From contig JBNKNM010000035.1 of NCBI GenBank assembly GCA_050293845.1, positions 1 to 37,116 of the forward strand: 37,116 bases of DNA, written 5' to 3'. Position numbers and translations under genes: made by a program. Positions 25,298 through 35,439 of this stretch are shown here, piece by piece (position 1 is the first letter of the stretch; every line of letters starts with the position of its first letter). The stretch comes from Pseudobacteriovorax sp. (GTDB lineage Bacteria; Bdellovibrionota_B; Oligoflexia; Oligoflexales; Oligoflexaceae). Under the pieces are notes generated by a model. It ran no database searches. It was given only the letters and a program-made list of their open reading frames with translations, and was not told where the DNA came from.

Positions 25298-25927
25298 CTA
25301 AAGTTTGTAGCTAATACCTAGCTGTGTATAGTTATCCCTCACCTTTTCCTCGACTTCGTTACCACTCTCTAGAATAGTGCGAATACCTAGTGTATAAGTC
25401 TGTGTAATTTTTAGATTAAAGTTTCTGCTTAGCAGGATAGCCAGGCCGTACCCATAGTTTGGTACGGCCGGAAGAGTTTCGCGTTTTTTTCCGGTTATGC
25501 CGCGATATCTCACTTCTGTAAAATAGTCTCTTCGGGCGACCCCTCCAAAAATGAACGGAGACACAAGTCCGCGATGGAGAAAGATGGAAATATCTATGGA
25601 ATTAGTTACAATATCGGTATTATCCGTAAACTCATAATATGCGGATTCGTCATCAGTAACCTGAGATTTCTTTAAACCACCTTTGCGCAAAAAGGAACGG
25701 CGGTGGGTTAAACCTATATGCATAAAACTTGCTATTTCTACGGCTATATTTGCGCTGATCGTCGTACTTTTATGGGTTTCCAAAAACAACGACGATGTGG
25801 AGTTTGCTCCCGAAACCCCAACGCTCATGGTAGCCAAACTGGACTCTGGCACCAAAACATAGCAGAGTGCTAGCATTAAGATAAAGGTCATGATAAACCT
25901 CGCTTTTGATGGTAGGAAATCCTGCAC
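25298..25927 (-). CDS. Putative small outer-membrane beta-barrel protein
   Basis: Signal peptide, alternating strands, VSPFIFGG, terminal QLGISYKL. Confidence 0.65.
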   Translation of the reverse strand: MQDFLPSKARFIMTFILMLALCYVLVPESSLATMSVGVSGANSTSSLFLETHKSTTISANIAVEIASFMHIGLTHRRSFLRKGGLKKSQVTDDESAYYEFTDNTDIVTNSIDISIFLHRGLVSPFIFGGVARRDYFTEVRYRGITGKKRETLPAVPNYGYGLAILLSRNFNLKITQTYTLGIRTILESGNEVEEKVRDNYTQLGISYKL

Positions 25928-25989
25928 TGTTGTATTATAGCATTCCGAGTTGACCGGGTTGGTGGGTTAAAATTATCCAGGAAATAATT

Positions 25990-26442
25990 ATGAAGCCATA
26001 TAGAGCATGTGTTGTCGCCGTCATTATCAACGAGCACGGTCAGGTATTTGCCGGAGAAAGAGCTGATAAGCCTGGGGTGTGGCAGCTGCCTCAAGGAGGT
26101 ATCGATGATGGAGAATCTCCCACTGATACCCTTTTCAGGGAGTTGCAAGAAGAAATCGGCTGCAATGATGTAGAAATCATTGCCCAGCTTGATGAAAAAA
26201 TTACCTATGATTTTCCTACAGACATGGATACCAGGATTAGCCGGCAATTCCGCGGACAAATACAGGATTGGTTTCTTGTCAAATTCAAACCCCATGCTGT
26301 AGCTGATCTCAGTGTTGCAGATGGAGAGTTCCGGGATCTGGCGTGGAAGACGGCTGAAGAGCTCACAGCTTCCATAGTATACTGGAAACAAGCTGCCTAT
26401 AAAAAAGGATTTCAAGGTTTAATCTTCAATAAGGAAAAGTAA
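25990..26442 (+). CDS. rppH: RNA pyrophosphohydrolase (Nudix)
   Basis: YR..V, WQLPQGG + Nudix box GGIDDGE...RELQEEIG, RGQ.Q.WF, EF...W. Confidence 0.9.
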   Translation: MKPYRACVVAVIINEHGQVFAGERADKPGVWQLPQGGIDDGESPTDTLFRELQEEIGCNDVEIIAQLDEKITYDFPTDMDTRISRQFRGQIQDWFLVKFKPHAVADLSVADGEFRDLAWKTAEELTASIVYWKQAAYKKGFQGLIFNKEK

Positions 26443-26445
26443 AGC

Positions 26446-26877
26446 ATGCCGCGTCTTGGTATCTTAAATTTCGTCATTGGGTTTGGTGTCATTTTTTTGG
26501 CAGCATGCGCAGGAAGCTTTATCGCATTCGATATGACGGAGGGCTTTTTAAGTGACCCTAAAATTTTGACTTCCTGGCAACTAGCCTTACTCAAAAGCTC
26601 CCATGGTCACTCGAATCTATTTGGGATCTTGCATATATTGTATGGGCTCACTTTGGTTTACTCGCCGATTCCTCCTAAGTATAAAGTACTTCAAACGGTA
26701 GGTTTTACACTGGGCACCTTAGCTATGGGACCAGGTATGATGGCCCGCGCTTACGGGGGGCCAAGTGAATCTTTAGACGTCATAGGAGCCATGATTGGCA
26801 TCGGTTTGTCGGGTGCCTTCCTAGCTCTTATCAGTCATTGCGGAGCCCTGGCTTATCGCTTTTCTCAGAGACCGTAG
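26446..26877 (+). CDS. Four-TM membrane protein with an HxH motif
   Basis: Four hydrophobic segments; LKSSHGHSNLFG. Confidence 0.7.
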   Translation: MPRLGILNFVIGFGVIFLAACAGSFIAFDMTEGFLSDPKILTSWQLALLKSSHGHSNLFGILHILYGLTLVYSPIPPKYKVLQTVGFTLGTLAMGPGMMARAYGGPSESLDVIGAMIGIGLSGAFLALISHCGALAYRFSQRP

Positions 26878-26878
26878 C

Positions 26879-27631
26879 ATGCGTGTTATTAGCCTGGTTC
26901 CTTCCATAACTGCTACTTTATGCCACGCAGGTCTTGAGTCAACCATCGTCGGATGCACCAATTTCTGTGTAGACCCTCCCCACCTCCATCGCACTGCTGC
27001 CTTGGTGGGAGGAACAAAGAACCCGGATATCAAGTCTATTGCCGCCCTGACCCCTGACATCATCTTCGTCAACAAAGAAGAAAATCGAAGGGAAGACATA
27101 CCCGATTTAGAAGCCATTGCTCCCCTATTTATCAGCTTTGCAAAAACCCCTCATGATGTGCTAGGAGAGTTTCAGCGCCTCCATCAGCTGTTTCAAATGG
27201 CTAAGTTTATGGATTGGCATGGGGTGCTGAAAGCGCTGCTGAAAAGCCTCCCTCATACCACGAAAGGTCGAGCCCTATATTTGATTTGGAAAAATCCTTA
27301 TATGAGCATTTCCGCGGATACTTTCATAGGGTCCATGCTGACTTTATTTGGGTATGAACTTCCTTCATTCAGTGATAGTAGCCGTTATCCAACGCTTACA
27401 GATTCTGAATTTGCATCTTTAGACCCCGATATTGTCTTTTTATCGACCGAACCCTATCCTTTTCGTAAACGTGATTTAGCTGATATTCGCAAATTAGTAG
27501 GCAATGATACGATGTTAATGAAGGCTGATGGAAAACTTATGTCATGGCATGGGGTGCACACGATCCAAGCATTGGAGCAGTTCAAAATCTTTTGTAAAGG
27601 TGACAGACAACACCTATTTCAAAGCTTCTAG
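26879..27631 (+). CDS. Helical-backbone metal receptor (BtuF/TroA-like) without signal peptide
   Basis: RVISLVPS.T, VGCT.FC..P, VGGTKNPD, NKEEN, IWKNPYM, LSTEPYPF. Confidence 0.88.
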   Translation: MRVISLVPSITATLCHAGLESTIVGCTNFCVDPPHLHRTAALVGGTKNPDIKSIAALTPDIIFVNKEENRREDIPDLEAIAPLFISFAKTPHDVLGEFQRLHQLFQMAKFMDWHGVLKALLKSLPHTTKGRALYLIWKNPYMSISADTFIGSMLTLFGYELPSFSDSSRYPTLTDSEFASLDPDIVFLSTEPYPFRKRDLADIRKLVGNDTMLMKADGKLMSWHGVHTIQALEQFKIFCKGDRQHLFQSF

Positions 27632-28167
27632 CTTGCTTTATGTAGCTTTTCAATAATTTCTTGAGCTCTTATACGCTGTGCCTCATCCTTAATAAAGCGA
27701 GTTTGTCGCTTACCTTGGATCAGTTCGAGAAACTTTTTCGGGTCTTCAACAATATCAAGAAGCTCTTTATAGGAATCTCTTAATTTGATACCACGATCTA
27801 TAAAATCATGCAGGTCATCTATACCAAAAGGTTTTTTTAAGTATCCATCGGCTTTGGTGTCTATGGCATTTTGCTGATTTTCATTGAGCAGGGCGCCACT
27901 GACTAAGAACACAGGGATCGAAGGATCGTGGTTTTTCACCTTTTTCATAAGCTGAATGCCATCCATACGCGGCATTTTAATGTCGCTAATCACTAAATCA
28001 ATTTCTTTTTCTTTGAGAGTTTCAAAGGCTTCTTTCGCATTTTTAACCACTAGAACACGCGAAAAAAACTTGTTGAGATGAATCTTAAAGAACTTGAGGA
28101 GGGTGTCATCATCATCTACCACAAGAATATAGGAAGTCCGGTTATAAGTACGATCCTGTATCGTCAT
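27628..28167 (-). CDS. Response regulator, receiver domain plus short C-terminal extension
   Basis: ILVVDDD, ISDIKMPRMDG, VSG, KKPF. Confidence 0.95.
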   Translation of the reverse strand: MTIQDRTYNRTSYILVVDDDDTLLKFFKIHLNKFFSRVLVVKNAKEAFETLKEKEIDLVISDIKMPRMDGIQLMKKVKNHDPSIPVFLVSGALLNENQQNAIDTKADGYLKKPFGIDDLHDFIDRGIKLRDSYKELLDIVEDPKKFLELIQGKRQTRFIKDEAQRIRAQEIIEKLHKAS

Positions 28168-28260
28168 ATTCTCTCCTAATTCTTCTACAAGATTACCGTC
28201 TTATCGCTGAAACATGAAAAAACTTTAACAACTAAGGTTATCTTGCTAGAATAATTATGT

Positions 28261-29430
28261 TTACTTTTCAAACTGGATACGGCTATCACGCAATCCCTGG
28301 ATCTGAATGCGCGCTAATTCCCTTATTTCCTCTGTATAGTCACCTGCTTGTAATACCTCATAGTACAAGCGCAGGGCAGTATTGATGTCGCTAAATTCCT
28401 TGGCATATAAACTAGCCAGGTTATAGCGGGCAAATGCATTTTCAGGATTAATATCAAGAGCTTTCTGTAGCATTTGCTTAGCCGAGGAATAGCGTCCAGA
28501 TTTTCGATAAAGGACTGCTAAAGAAATGTAGCTGTTAGCGTCATAGGGGCTTAAAGCTATGGCCTTATTAATATCTGATTCTGCAGCTTCATGCTCTCCT
28601 CGGCGAGCAGCTATATTAGCTCGATTCACAAGTGCCGCAGCGAGGTTAGGGTCCAATTCTAAGGCTTTATTGTAGTAAGTCTTAGCCTTTGTTAGCATAC
28701 CGCGATGCTCATGAGCAATACCGATAATATTGAGTAGCGGAGCATGATTTTTGATTTGCTCCATACCCCTTTTAGCAATGAACTCGGCAAGTCCCTCTTT
28801 ATTCTCTTTTAGGTAAGAGTGAGCTAAAGCCGTATAAGCGAGAATAAAGTCCTTTTTGGCCTCGATAAGATCACTCAGTATGGTTCTTGCTTCCGCCACC
28901 CTATTGGACCTGAGAAGCCCAAGAGCTAAAGTATAGCGATATTTATATAAATCTATCTTTCTAGCCTGTTCTTGACCTTCAAGAATTTTTTTAGCAGCAG
29001 CAAGATAGTCAAATGCATATTCAATAGATTTGGTTTGCAAATATACCTGAGCAATTTCAATATGAGCATCTAAATGATGTGGATGTTTTCTAAGTATTTG
29101 CCGATAATAAACTTCCGCTTTTGCAAGCTCTCCAATGGAACGACTATTGCGCGCTAACTCCAATAATTGATCGATATTTAGTTGAGATGACTTTGATAGC
29201 TCTTCGATTCTCTTACGCAGTAGATTACGCTCACTAATTTCTGGCTCTTTCTTAAAAAACTGTTGCCACTCAAGTACTCGTTTACCCGATACTCCTGCAG
29301 GTGTTCTAGTAACAAGTATGCGATCGTTGGAGTTCGGTTTATCGAGCATCGCGATGTCGAGTGTTTTTTCCTCGTGCATACATCCAATCATATCCAGAAT
29401 AAACCAAAAATAAAGAATCTTCCAAACCAT
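28261..29430 (-). CDS. TPR repeat protein, possible lipoprotein (GltE/AglT-like position)
   Basis: MIGC lipobox-like; many canonical TPRs (YNKALELDP, KALDINP). Confidence 0.85.
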   Translation of the reverse strand: MVWKILYFWFILDMIGCMHEEKTLDIAMLDKPNSNDRILVTRTPAGVSGKRVLEWQQFFKKEPEISERNLLRKRIEELSKSSQLNIDQLLELARNSRSIGELAKAEVYYRQILRKHPHHLDAHIEIAQVYLQTKSIEYAFDYLAAAKKILEGQEQARKIDLYKYRYTLALGLLRSNRVAEARTILSDLIEAKKDFILAYTALAHSYLKENKEGLAEFIAKRGMEQIKNHAPLLNIIGIAHEHRGMLTKAKTYYNKALELDPNLAAALVNRANIAARRGEHEAAESDINKAIALSPYDANSYISLAVLYRKSGRYSSAKQMLQKALDINPENAFARYNLASLYAKEFSDINTALRLYYEVLQAGDYTEEIRELARIQIQGLRDSRIQFEK

Positions 29431-32400
29431 TTAAAGACTCCATTGATAGGGCATAAGGCTTGTCATAGAGTACATATTTTGATATTCACTTTCCATTTTT
29501 GTTGTATCTACAAAACCAGTTAATTTTATAGATGATTTTTTAAGCCAGGGATTATTGTAGTGAACCTTTGGGCGACGGCGAGCCTCCATAAGATTTTCAC
29601 TGTATAGATTTCGGGAAAATTTTTGTAATCTTTCTGCCTGGTGCTTTAATTTAATCCCATGTGTCGATGATATGGCTTTATCCATAAGCACCAACTCATT
29701 TATCTCATAGGAAAGAGTCTCAGCAGCAGAAGCAATTTCATAACGGGAGCGTATGGTAAACTGAGGATCATTGCCTTTTATAGCGCGATTATACTTTTCT
29801 GTCAGTTTTTCAAAGTATCGGGTTTTTTCCCGGATATTATTTATAATTGATCCTGATCTTTCCTTAATTTTGAATCCAACAAAAATGTTTTTTTGTTCTT
29901 CAGCTATAAGAAAATTGGCTTCTGAATATGTTTTTTCATAAACACTTTTATCTATCTTTTCCCGATACTGTTTGGCATTCCTACTGATAGCTTGCAATTC
30001 TCGGAGTGCCTTCACTTCCTCACCTAAGCGAAAGCGTTGCTTGGCTATCAATAGCCTAATTTCCAGACGATTTTCTATAGTCTTTGCAAATCTTTTGGCT
30101 TGGCGAGCAACTTGCAGAGCATCTTCAGCCTTGCCAATTTCTGCATAGGTTTCGGCTGATTGTCGATAATATTGCCATTTTTTTTGCTGTTCCTTACTTT
30201 GCCTTGCCAGTATCTTTAAGGATTTTGCAGCAGTTACCATGTCATCTTCAGCCTTTGCCAACTGATAAGCTCTCTTCAGCGAGATTTTTGCTCTGCTGTG
30301 ACTCGGATAGGTCTGTCCTAAGTAAAGATAAGCTTTTGCGGCTAAAGGAAACCGCATCTGAAACTCTAAGGCCCGTGCTTTTAAATAAGCCATGTCAGCC
30401 TTATGAGTGTAGCGTTTTATACCCAAGCATCGATGCGCCAGATCAAGAGCTTGCCTCCATTCCCCACCAATAGCAAGTAAGTAAGCCGCGTCGCGATTAA
30501 AAGTATCATTTGATTGCAGATGAGGAAAATCCTGTGTTAAGTCCCTTAATAGATAGGCGGCTGTGAGCATATCACCCTTTGCAGTGAGTTCGTCACTGCC
30601 TTCCTGAACCGCAGCCACTAAAATGCCTTCTAACTCATTCTGTAATCCATGGCCCATGCTTTTCCAATCTTCTAGCTTGAGGTAGCGGCCTACGACTTTG
30701 ATAACCTCATTATAGTTACCCGTCTTCACTTGGCTATAAACCAGACCGCGGATCGCCAGTGACCTTTCTAAAGGCTTAGGCTTAGAAATCAATACCCTCT
30801 GCCAGTATTTTGCAGCCTGCTCCATGCGTTCCATATCTCGATTGACGGCTCCTGCTTTTAGCAATGCTTCGATGGCAAATTGCGAGCTGGGAAATTTATT
30901 GGCAAATCGATCCACAACATCTTCCATATCGACAACAAACTGTAATACGATAGGATCATTTTTCGGATCGCGATTGGCTTCAACACTCTTTCCATATTCC
31001 TCTCGCCATATTTTTTCCAGGGTTAAGATAATTTGGAAAGAAGCTATTTGTAAGGTTTTGCGATCTACGCGATGATCGTTAACGAGTTCACTATATATTT
31101 TCTGAGCGCCACCTAAATTCGATGAGAAGTAATAGCTGTTGGCCTGCTTTAACCGCCAATCATTAGCATTAGGATGATTCCCATTAAATTGCAGAAGGGA
31201 TTGATAATAGGAACTAGCCGCAGCAAAAGAGGAGACACTACCATTAATCATGCCTATTTTATAATAATGAGAGGCCAAGGCTATGGTGGCATGAAGAGCT
31301 GCCTGTTCCATATTACGTATAGCTTCATACTGATGTTGATATTGGTATCGCCAAAGACTATTTTTAGGTAGCATTAATGCAAGCTTTTCCAAAGCTTCTA
31401 ACCAGAGCTCTGTTCGATCACTTTTACGATAGATATCTGCCAATATTACTAATATATCCGGAATATGCAGGGCTCGGGGAAACGTAGCAACCACATGTTC
31501 ACCTAGCTCTGCTGCGCGACTATCGATACGAGCAGCCAAATAGCGTTTCAGCATCCTTAAAGCAATGGCAGATGAAAAATTTCTTAAAACTTGTTGTCCC
31601 AAAATAGACTTTGTATAGTTTATATCATTATTTTCATAAAGGGCATCACCGATCAACTCCACAGCATCCTGCTCTATGGCATTTTTAACGCTTACTTTAC
31701 GTAGAACACGCCCCGGTCGCAATATATCTATAACAGTAGTAATACATGTTCCTAATTCAGCAGAACGATAGGCAGCCCAAGCAATGCGATATTGCACGCG
31801 AACCAATTCGTAATCTTTATCAGCAAAATTGAGTTTTGAAATGATTTTGACAGCTTTTTGATAACTTGATAGAGATTTTTGTGATATTTCTGCGCGAAAA
31901 TAATAATCACCCAGCGCGATATAAGCATGGGCTCCATAAACAGAGTTTGTGGCAATACTCGCTAAAGCAACCCAAGTCTTATGAGCCGATTCTTTTTGAG
32001 ATAAGGAAGCTAAAATAGTAGCTTTCAAGTAAAGCACTTCTTCCTTTCTTTCAAATATCCGATATTTCTTGATGACCTCATCCAGTACTTCCAATGCTTC
32101 CGAGCGATATTGCGTTCCAGCATTGACATCCTTTTCAGCATAGTGTTGACCAACTTTATTTAAAATTTGGGCCAGGTTTAGCAGTACATAAGGCGTATTT
32201 TGTGAGTTAGGATAAGATTTCAGATGCGAACGGTATTTGCGTGCTGCTTCTTTCAACTGTGCTATCTGCTCGTCAGACAGCACTCTTTGGCTATGATGGA
32301 ATTCCTGTCTCAATTGGTCCCATGCCAGGCTAATACTATCCTTCTTACTTATAATCCTGCGCCGTTCATACTCGTCAAAGGTGTTCCAATAATGCTTATA

Positions 32401-32499
32401 AGCATCTACAGCCTTAGGATCTGGAATTTTATGGATATTAACTTGCGCCATCAATGGACGGTATATTGATACCGTGATCAGGAATATTAACAACTTCAT
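29431..32499 (-). CDS. Large exported TPR protein (GltD/AgmU-like size)
   Basis: Signal peptide; YPNS/FPSS/YPSH-type TPR caps; ALGDYYF, YRIAWAAY. Confidence 0.8.
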   Translation of the reverse strand: MKLLIFLITVSIYRPLMAQVNIHKIPDPKAVDAYKHYWNTFDEYERRRIISKKDSISLAWDQLRQEFHHSQRVLSDEQIAQLKEAARKYRSHLKSYPNSQNTPYVLLNLAQILNKVGQHYAEKDVNAGTQYRSEALEVLDEVIKKYRIFERKEEVLYLKATILASLSQKESAHKTWVALASIATNSVYGAHAYIALGDYYFRAEISQKSLSSYQKAVKIISKLNFADKDYELVRVQYRIAWAAYRSAELGTCITTVIDILRPGRVLRKVSVKNAIEQDAVELIGDALYENNDINYTKSILGQQVLRNFSSAIALRMLKRYLAARIDSRAAELGEHVVATFPRALHIPDILVILADIYRKSDRTELWLEALEKLALMLPKNSLWRYQYQHQYEAIRNMEQAALHATIALASHYYKIGMINGSVSSFAAASSYYQSLLQFNGNHPNANDWRLKQANSYYFSSNLGGAQKIYSELVNDHRVDRKTLQIASFQIILTLEKIWREEYGKSVEANRDPKNDPIVLQFVVDMEDVVDRFANKFPSSQFAIEALLKAGAVNRDMERMEQAAKYWQRVLISKPKPLERSLAIRGLVYSQVKTGNYNEVIKVVGRYLKLEDWKSMGHGLQNELEGILVAAVQEGSDELTAKGDMLTAAYLLRDLTQDFPHLQSNDTFNRDAAYLLAIGGEWRQALDLAHRCLGIKRYTHKADMAYLKARALEFQMRFPLAAKAYLYLGQTYPSHSRAKISLKRAYQLAKAEDDMVTAAKSLKILARQSKEQQKKWQYYRQSAETYAEIGKAEDALQVARQAKRFAKTIENRLEIRLLIAKQRFRLGEEVKALRELQAISRNAKQYREKIDKSVYEKTYSEANFLIAEEQKNIFVGFKIKERSGSIINNIREKTRYFEKLTEKYNRAIKGNDPQFTIRSRYEIASAAETLSYEINELVLMDKAISSTHGIKLKHQAERLQKFSRNLYSENLMEARRRPKVHYNNPWLKKSSIKLTGFVDTTKMESEYQNMYSMTSLMPYQWSL

Positions 32500-34745
32500 T
32501 GCTTTACCTCATAATCGAGATCACGAAGATTCTCTTCCATCTTGATAACTTTATTTTGGTTTTGCTCTTCCACATTTTTACGTTTCATGGAGATCTCGGT
32601 ATACTGCCTCCATTGATTGTCTGCCTGCCATTTCATTAGTTCAGATTCTTGCTCGTTGATAGCACTAAGATAATGATTAAGTATAGTAAATGATTGTTGA
32701 CCAAGCAGTCTTTCCAACTTTTCTCTATTTAGATAAACTTCCTGCTTCAAACTTTCATAGGTAGTAACACTTTTTTCCAGGGTATTTAATCTTGACTGTA
32801 TCTGCTCTCTGACATTACGATCAAGAGACATCACTGAACTATAAACACTCTTCACAAGGTATTCCCATTTTTGCCATGCATTTTGCAAATCATCTGACAT
32901 CTGTTTTTCATTGGGTTGGTCGTAGCTATCACGTATGGTGGCCATAAGAATAGATTCTTCATAAATTATCTGCGAATAGCTTAAGATGTAGCTTTTAACT
33001 ACCATATGATGACTTTGGTTTGCAATATCTTTGATCATGCGGGAACGTATAATCTCAGCTGCCCTATTTGTATTGTAATGGAAGTACTCCACCTGGTTTA
33101 AAGCGCTCTCAATCAAATCTCTTCCGCTGTGTTTACGATGATGAAACCTTAAACTACTTAATGATGATTGTATTTGATATAGCTGACTTTTTATTTTACC
33201 TAGTCTTATCAGATCACCATTCAGGGTTGCCCATGACTCCCATCGCCTACTATTAATATATTTTTGAGCAAATTGTTGACGCAGTAACTTTCGCCTCTTA
33301 GTAGAGCGTTCTAACTTCTGTTTTAAATCTGGAGATATCTTATTAAGAAAGAGCTTTCTTTCAATATTAAGAATATGATCACCTAAATCAAAAGTATCTT
33401 GAGCCAATGATTCGATGTATACAGCCTGATTTTTCCATTGAGGTTGATAACTTGTTGGTTGAGTGGTTCCTAAAAAATATACCATGGTACGTATTTCGGA
33501 ACGAATATTATCCAGATGAAAAGTTAATTGATCCATTTTATCAAATATTGCCATCGCCCTCACTAAGGTGGGAGAGGTGTGAGTCAAAAACTTTCCTTTA
33601 GAGACAACTCTTTTAACATCTTTGTAGCTAAGACTATCAACATTGCTATAGTTGCGCTGTAACCATTCATGAAATTGTCTCAAGTTATCATTATTTGCGG
33701 TTAAACTTTTTTGGGCATCTATAGTGCGCCCTGTTCTCAGTTCTAGAAGTCCTTTGAGATGCAAAATTTTATGAGTATATTGATGATTTGGGAATTTATG
33801 TATTAGTGTTTTAGCTTTAGCAAGGCTCTCTTCATAATTCTCAATCCTATAATTAAGTACGATCGATTCATATAATGCATCGCGATAGGCAACAGAATCT
33901 TCAGGAATCATAGCCAGGTAGGAGAGTGATGTATGATAATTCCTTTGAATGGCTTGTATTCTGGCCAGATTAAGCCTCGCATAGTTTATATAATCAATGG
34001 ATTCATGCGTTTTCAAAGTAAGAATCTTTTCAAAGCGCTGCATCGCAGTTTTATAATCTTTCTTACGCAATGGAATTAATGCCGAGAAATAGATATTCTC
34101 TACCTGTAGCTGTGGGTCCAGCGTCGATTGGTAGCTTTGTTCAAACAATTTTTCAGCGAAGAAGGCATCATTATGATTACTGCTTGTCAAGGCCAGATAG
34201 AATAGAACACGAGACTTTTGATTATCAGAAAGCTTTATTGATGCCAAGGAAGACATGATGGCATGAAGCTCACGGAACTCACCGCTAGAAAACGAGTCAG
34301 TTAGCAATAGCAAGCTTTGTATGACTGATATAAGCCGAGTATCCTTATACTCTTCTGCAGTTACAAAGCTAGCAAGATAGCGAAGATAGGCACGAATAGA
34401 TTTCCTTTTAAAACCAAGGTTTTGGTAGGACATTCCCAACAGATATTGGGCTTCCAGATAATTTTTTTCTTTGGGAACCTGTACAGCATTTAAAAAAATA
34501 TTAAGATGCTGAATTACTGCATAAAATTCTCTCTGTGTATATAGCTTTTTCGCCAAATGGTATATTTGTTGAGCTTGCTCTTCAACTTCGCCAAGGTTGC
34601 TTTTTGAATTAATTTTTTCAATACTTTGAAATCGCGACTGCAGTTCATCGAGAAGGCCCAATATGGTTTTGATACCAACTTCAGGAGACGCGGATACTTT
34701 CTCCATAATAAATAATAAGATTAGGATGTTACAAAGTACTTTCAA
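32496..34745 (-). CDS. Exported TPR + coiled-coil protein
   Basis: Signal peptide; EAQYLLGMSY, ARLNLARI, IPEDS..Y.DALYE TPRs; coiled-coil C-terminal half. Confidence 0.8.
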   Translation of the reverse strand: MKVLCNILILLFIMEKVSASPEVGIKTILGLLDELQSRFQSIEKINSKSNLGEVEEQAQQIYHLAKKLYTQREFYAVIQHLNIFLNAVQVPKEKNYLEAQYLLGMSYQNLGFKRKSIRAYLRYLASFVTAEEYKDTRLISVIQSLLLLTDSFSSGEFRELHAIMSSLASIKLSDNQKSRVLFYLALTSSNHNDAFFAEKLFEQSYQSTLDPQLQVENIYFSALIPLRKKDYKTAMQRFEKILTLKTHESIDYINYARLNLARIQAIQRNYHTSLSYLAMIPEDSVAYRDALYESIVLNYRIENYEESLAKAKTLIHKFPNHQYTHKILHLKGLLELRTGRTIDAQKSLTANNDNLRQFHEWLQRNYSNVDSLSYKDVKRVVSKGKFLTHTSPTLVRAMAIFDKMDQLTFHLDNIRSEIRTMVYFLGTTQPTSYQPQWKNQAVYIESLAQDTFDLGDHILNIERKLFLNKISPDLKQKLERSTKRRKLLRQQFAQKYINSRRWESWATLNGDLIRLGKIKSQLYQIQSSLSSLRFHHRKHSGRDLIESALNQVEYFHYNTNRAAEIIRSRMIKDIANQSHHMVVKSYILSYSQIIYEESILMATIRDSYDQPNEKQMSDDLQNAWQKWEYLVKSVYSSVMSLDRNVREQIQSRLNTLEKSVTTYESLKQEVYLNREKLERLLGQQSFTILNHYLSAINEQESELMKWQADNQWRQYTEISMKRKNVEEQNQNKVIKMEENLRDLDYEVKQ

Positions 34746-35439
34746 CTAGTATGGCCTTTGCTTTAAAGTTCTTATCCTTAATCCTTTCTAGTTTGATACT
34801 AATATCTTTCCGAATGCGACCCTGAGGAATTTCAATGGTAAATTCCTGATCGAATATGTGAAAGATATTATCATCAACGGGCATATTTTCATCGACGACA
34901 CGGGCCATGCGGCCTGTTAATGCTATGGAGTGTTTCCCAGGATCGAGAGGCCCACTAAAAATGGGAATTTTCTGTCTAGGCAACCAAATACCAACATCAG
35001 GATTCAGTTTATATATAGGAAATCGATCCAATTTAATATCAATTTCCCGGAGACTGGTTTTGCTCGGATCGGTAACCTCAACGTATATATTAATTTGGCT
35101 ATTAGTCTTAGTATATGAGCCTATAATACGTTTTAATTTTTCAACATCGGAAGATAGTCTTTCAACTTCATTTTCCACTTTATCTATTGCCGAACCAATT
35201 TGTTGCAATTCTTTTTGAGCTGGTAAATTTCCCTTTATTTTTTGCTCTTTTAAGACAATTTCTTTGCTTTCAGAAGCTCTGATTGGTTTGTTCCAATTAT
35301 CATTCAGAAGAAGTGATTCTTGTTTTGATTCTAGCAATTTTTGCTCTAAGCGATCAAGAATATCGTCAACCTGTTCTTCCGCACATAACGACTGGTAGCT
35401 TGCCATAAGAACTAAGATAAAATATAAAAAAGTTTTCAC
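34729..35439 (-). CDS. Exported protein, coiled coil plus beta-rich C-terminal domain
   Basis: Signal peptide; IKLD..PIY...IFSGPLDPGKHSI; start overlaps the upstream stop (GTGA). Confidence 0.75.
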   Translation of the reverse strand: MKTFLYFILVLMASYQSLCAEEQVDDILDRLEQKLLESKQESLLLNDNWNKPIRASESKEIVLKEQKIKGNLPAQKELQQIGSAIDKVENEVERLSSDVEKLKRIIGSYTKTNSQINIYVEVTDPSKTSLREIDIKLDRFPIYKLNPDVGIWLPRQKIPIFSGPLDPGKHSIALTGRMARVVDENMPVDDNIFHIFDQEFTIEIPQGRIRKDISIKLERIKDKNFKAKAILVESTL

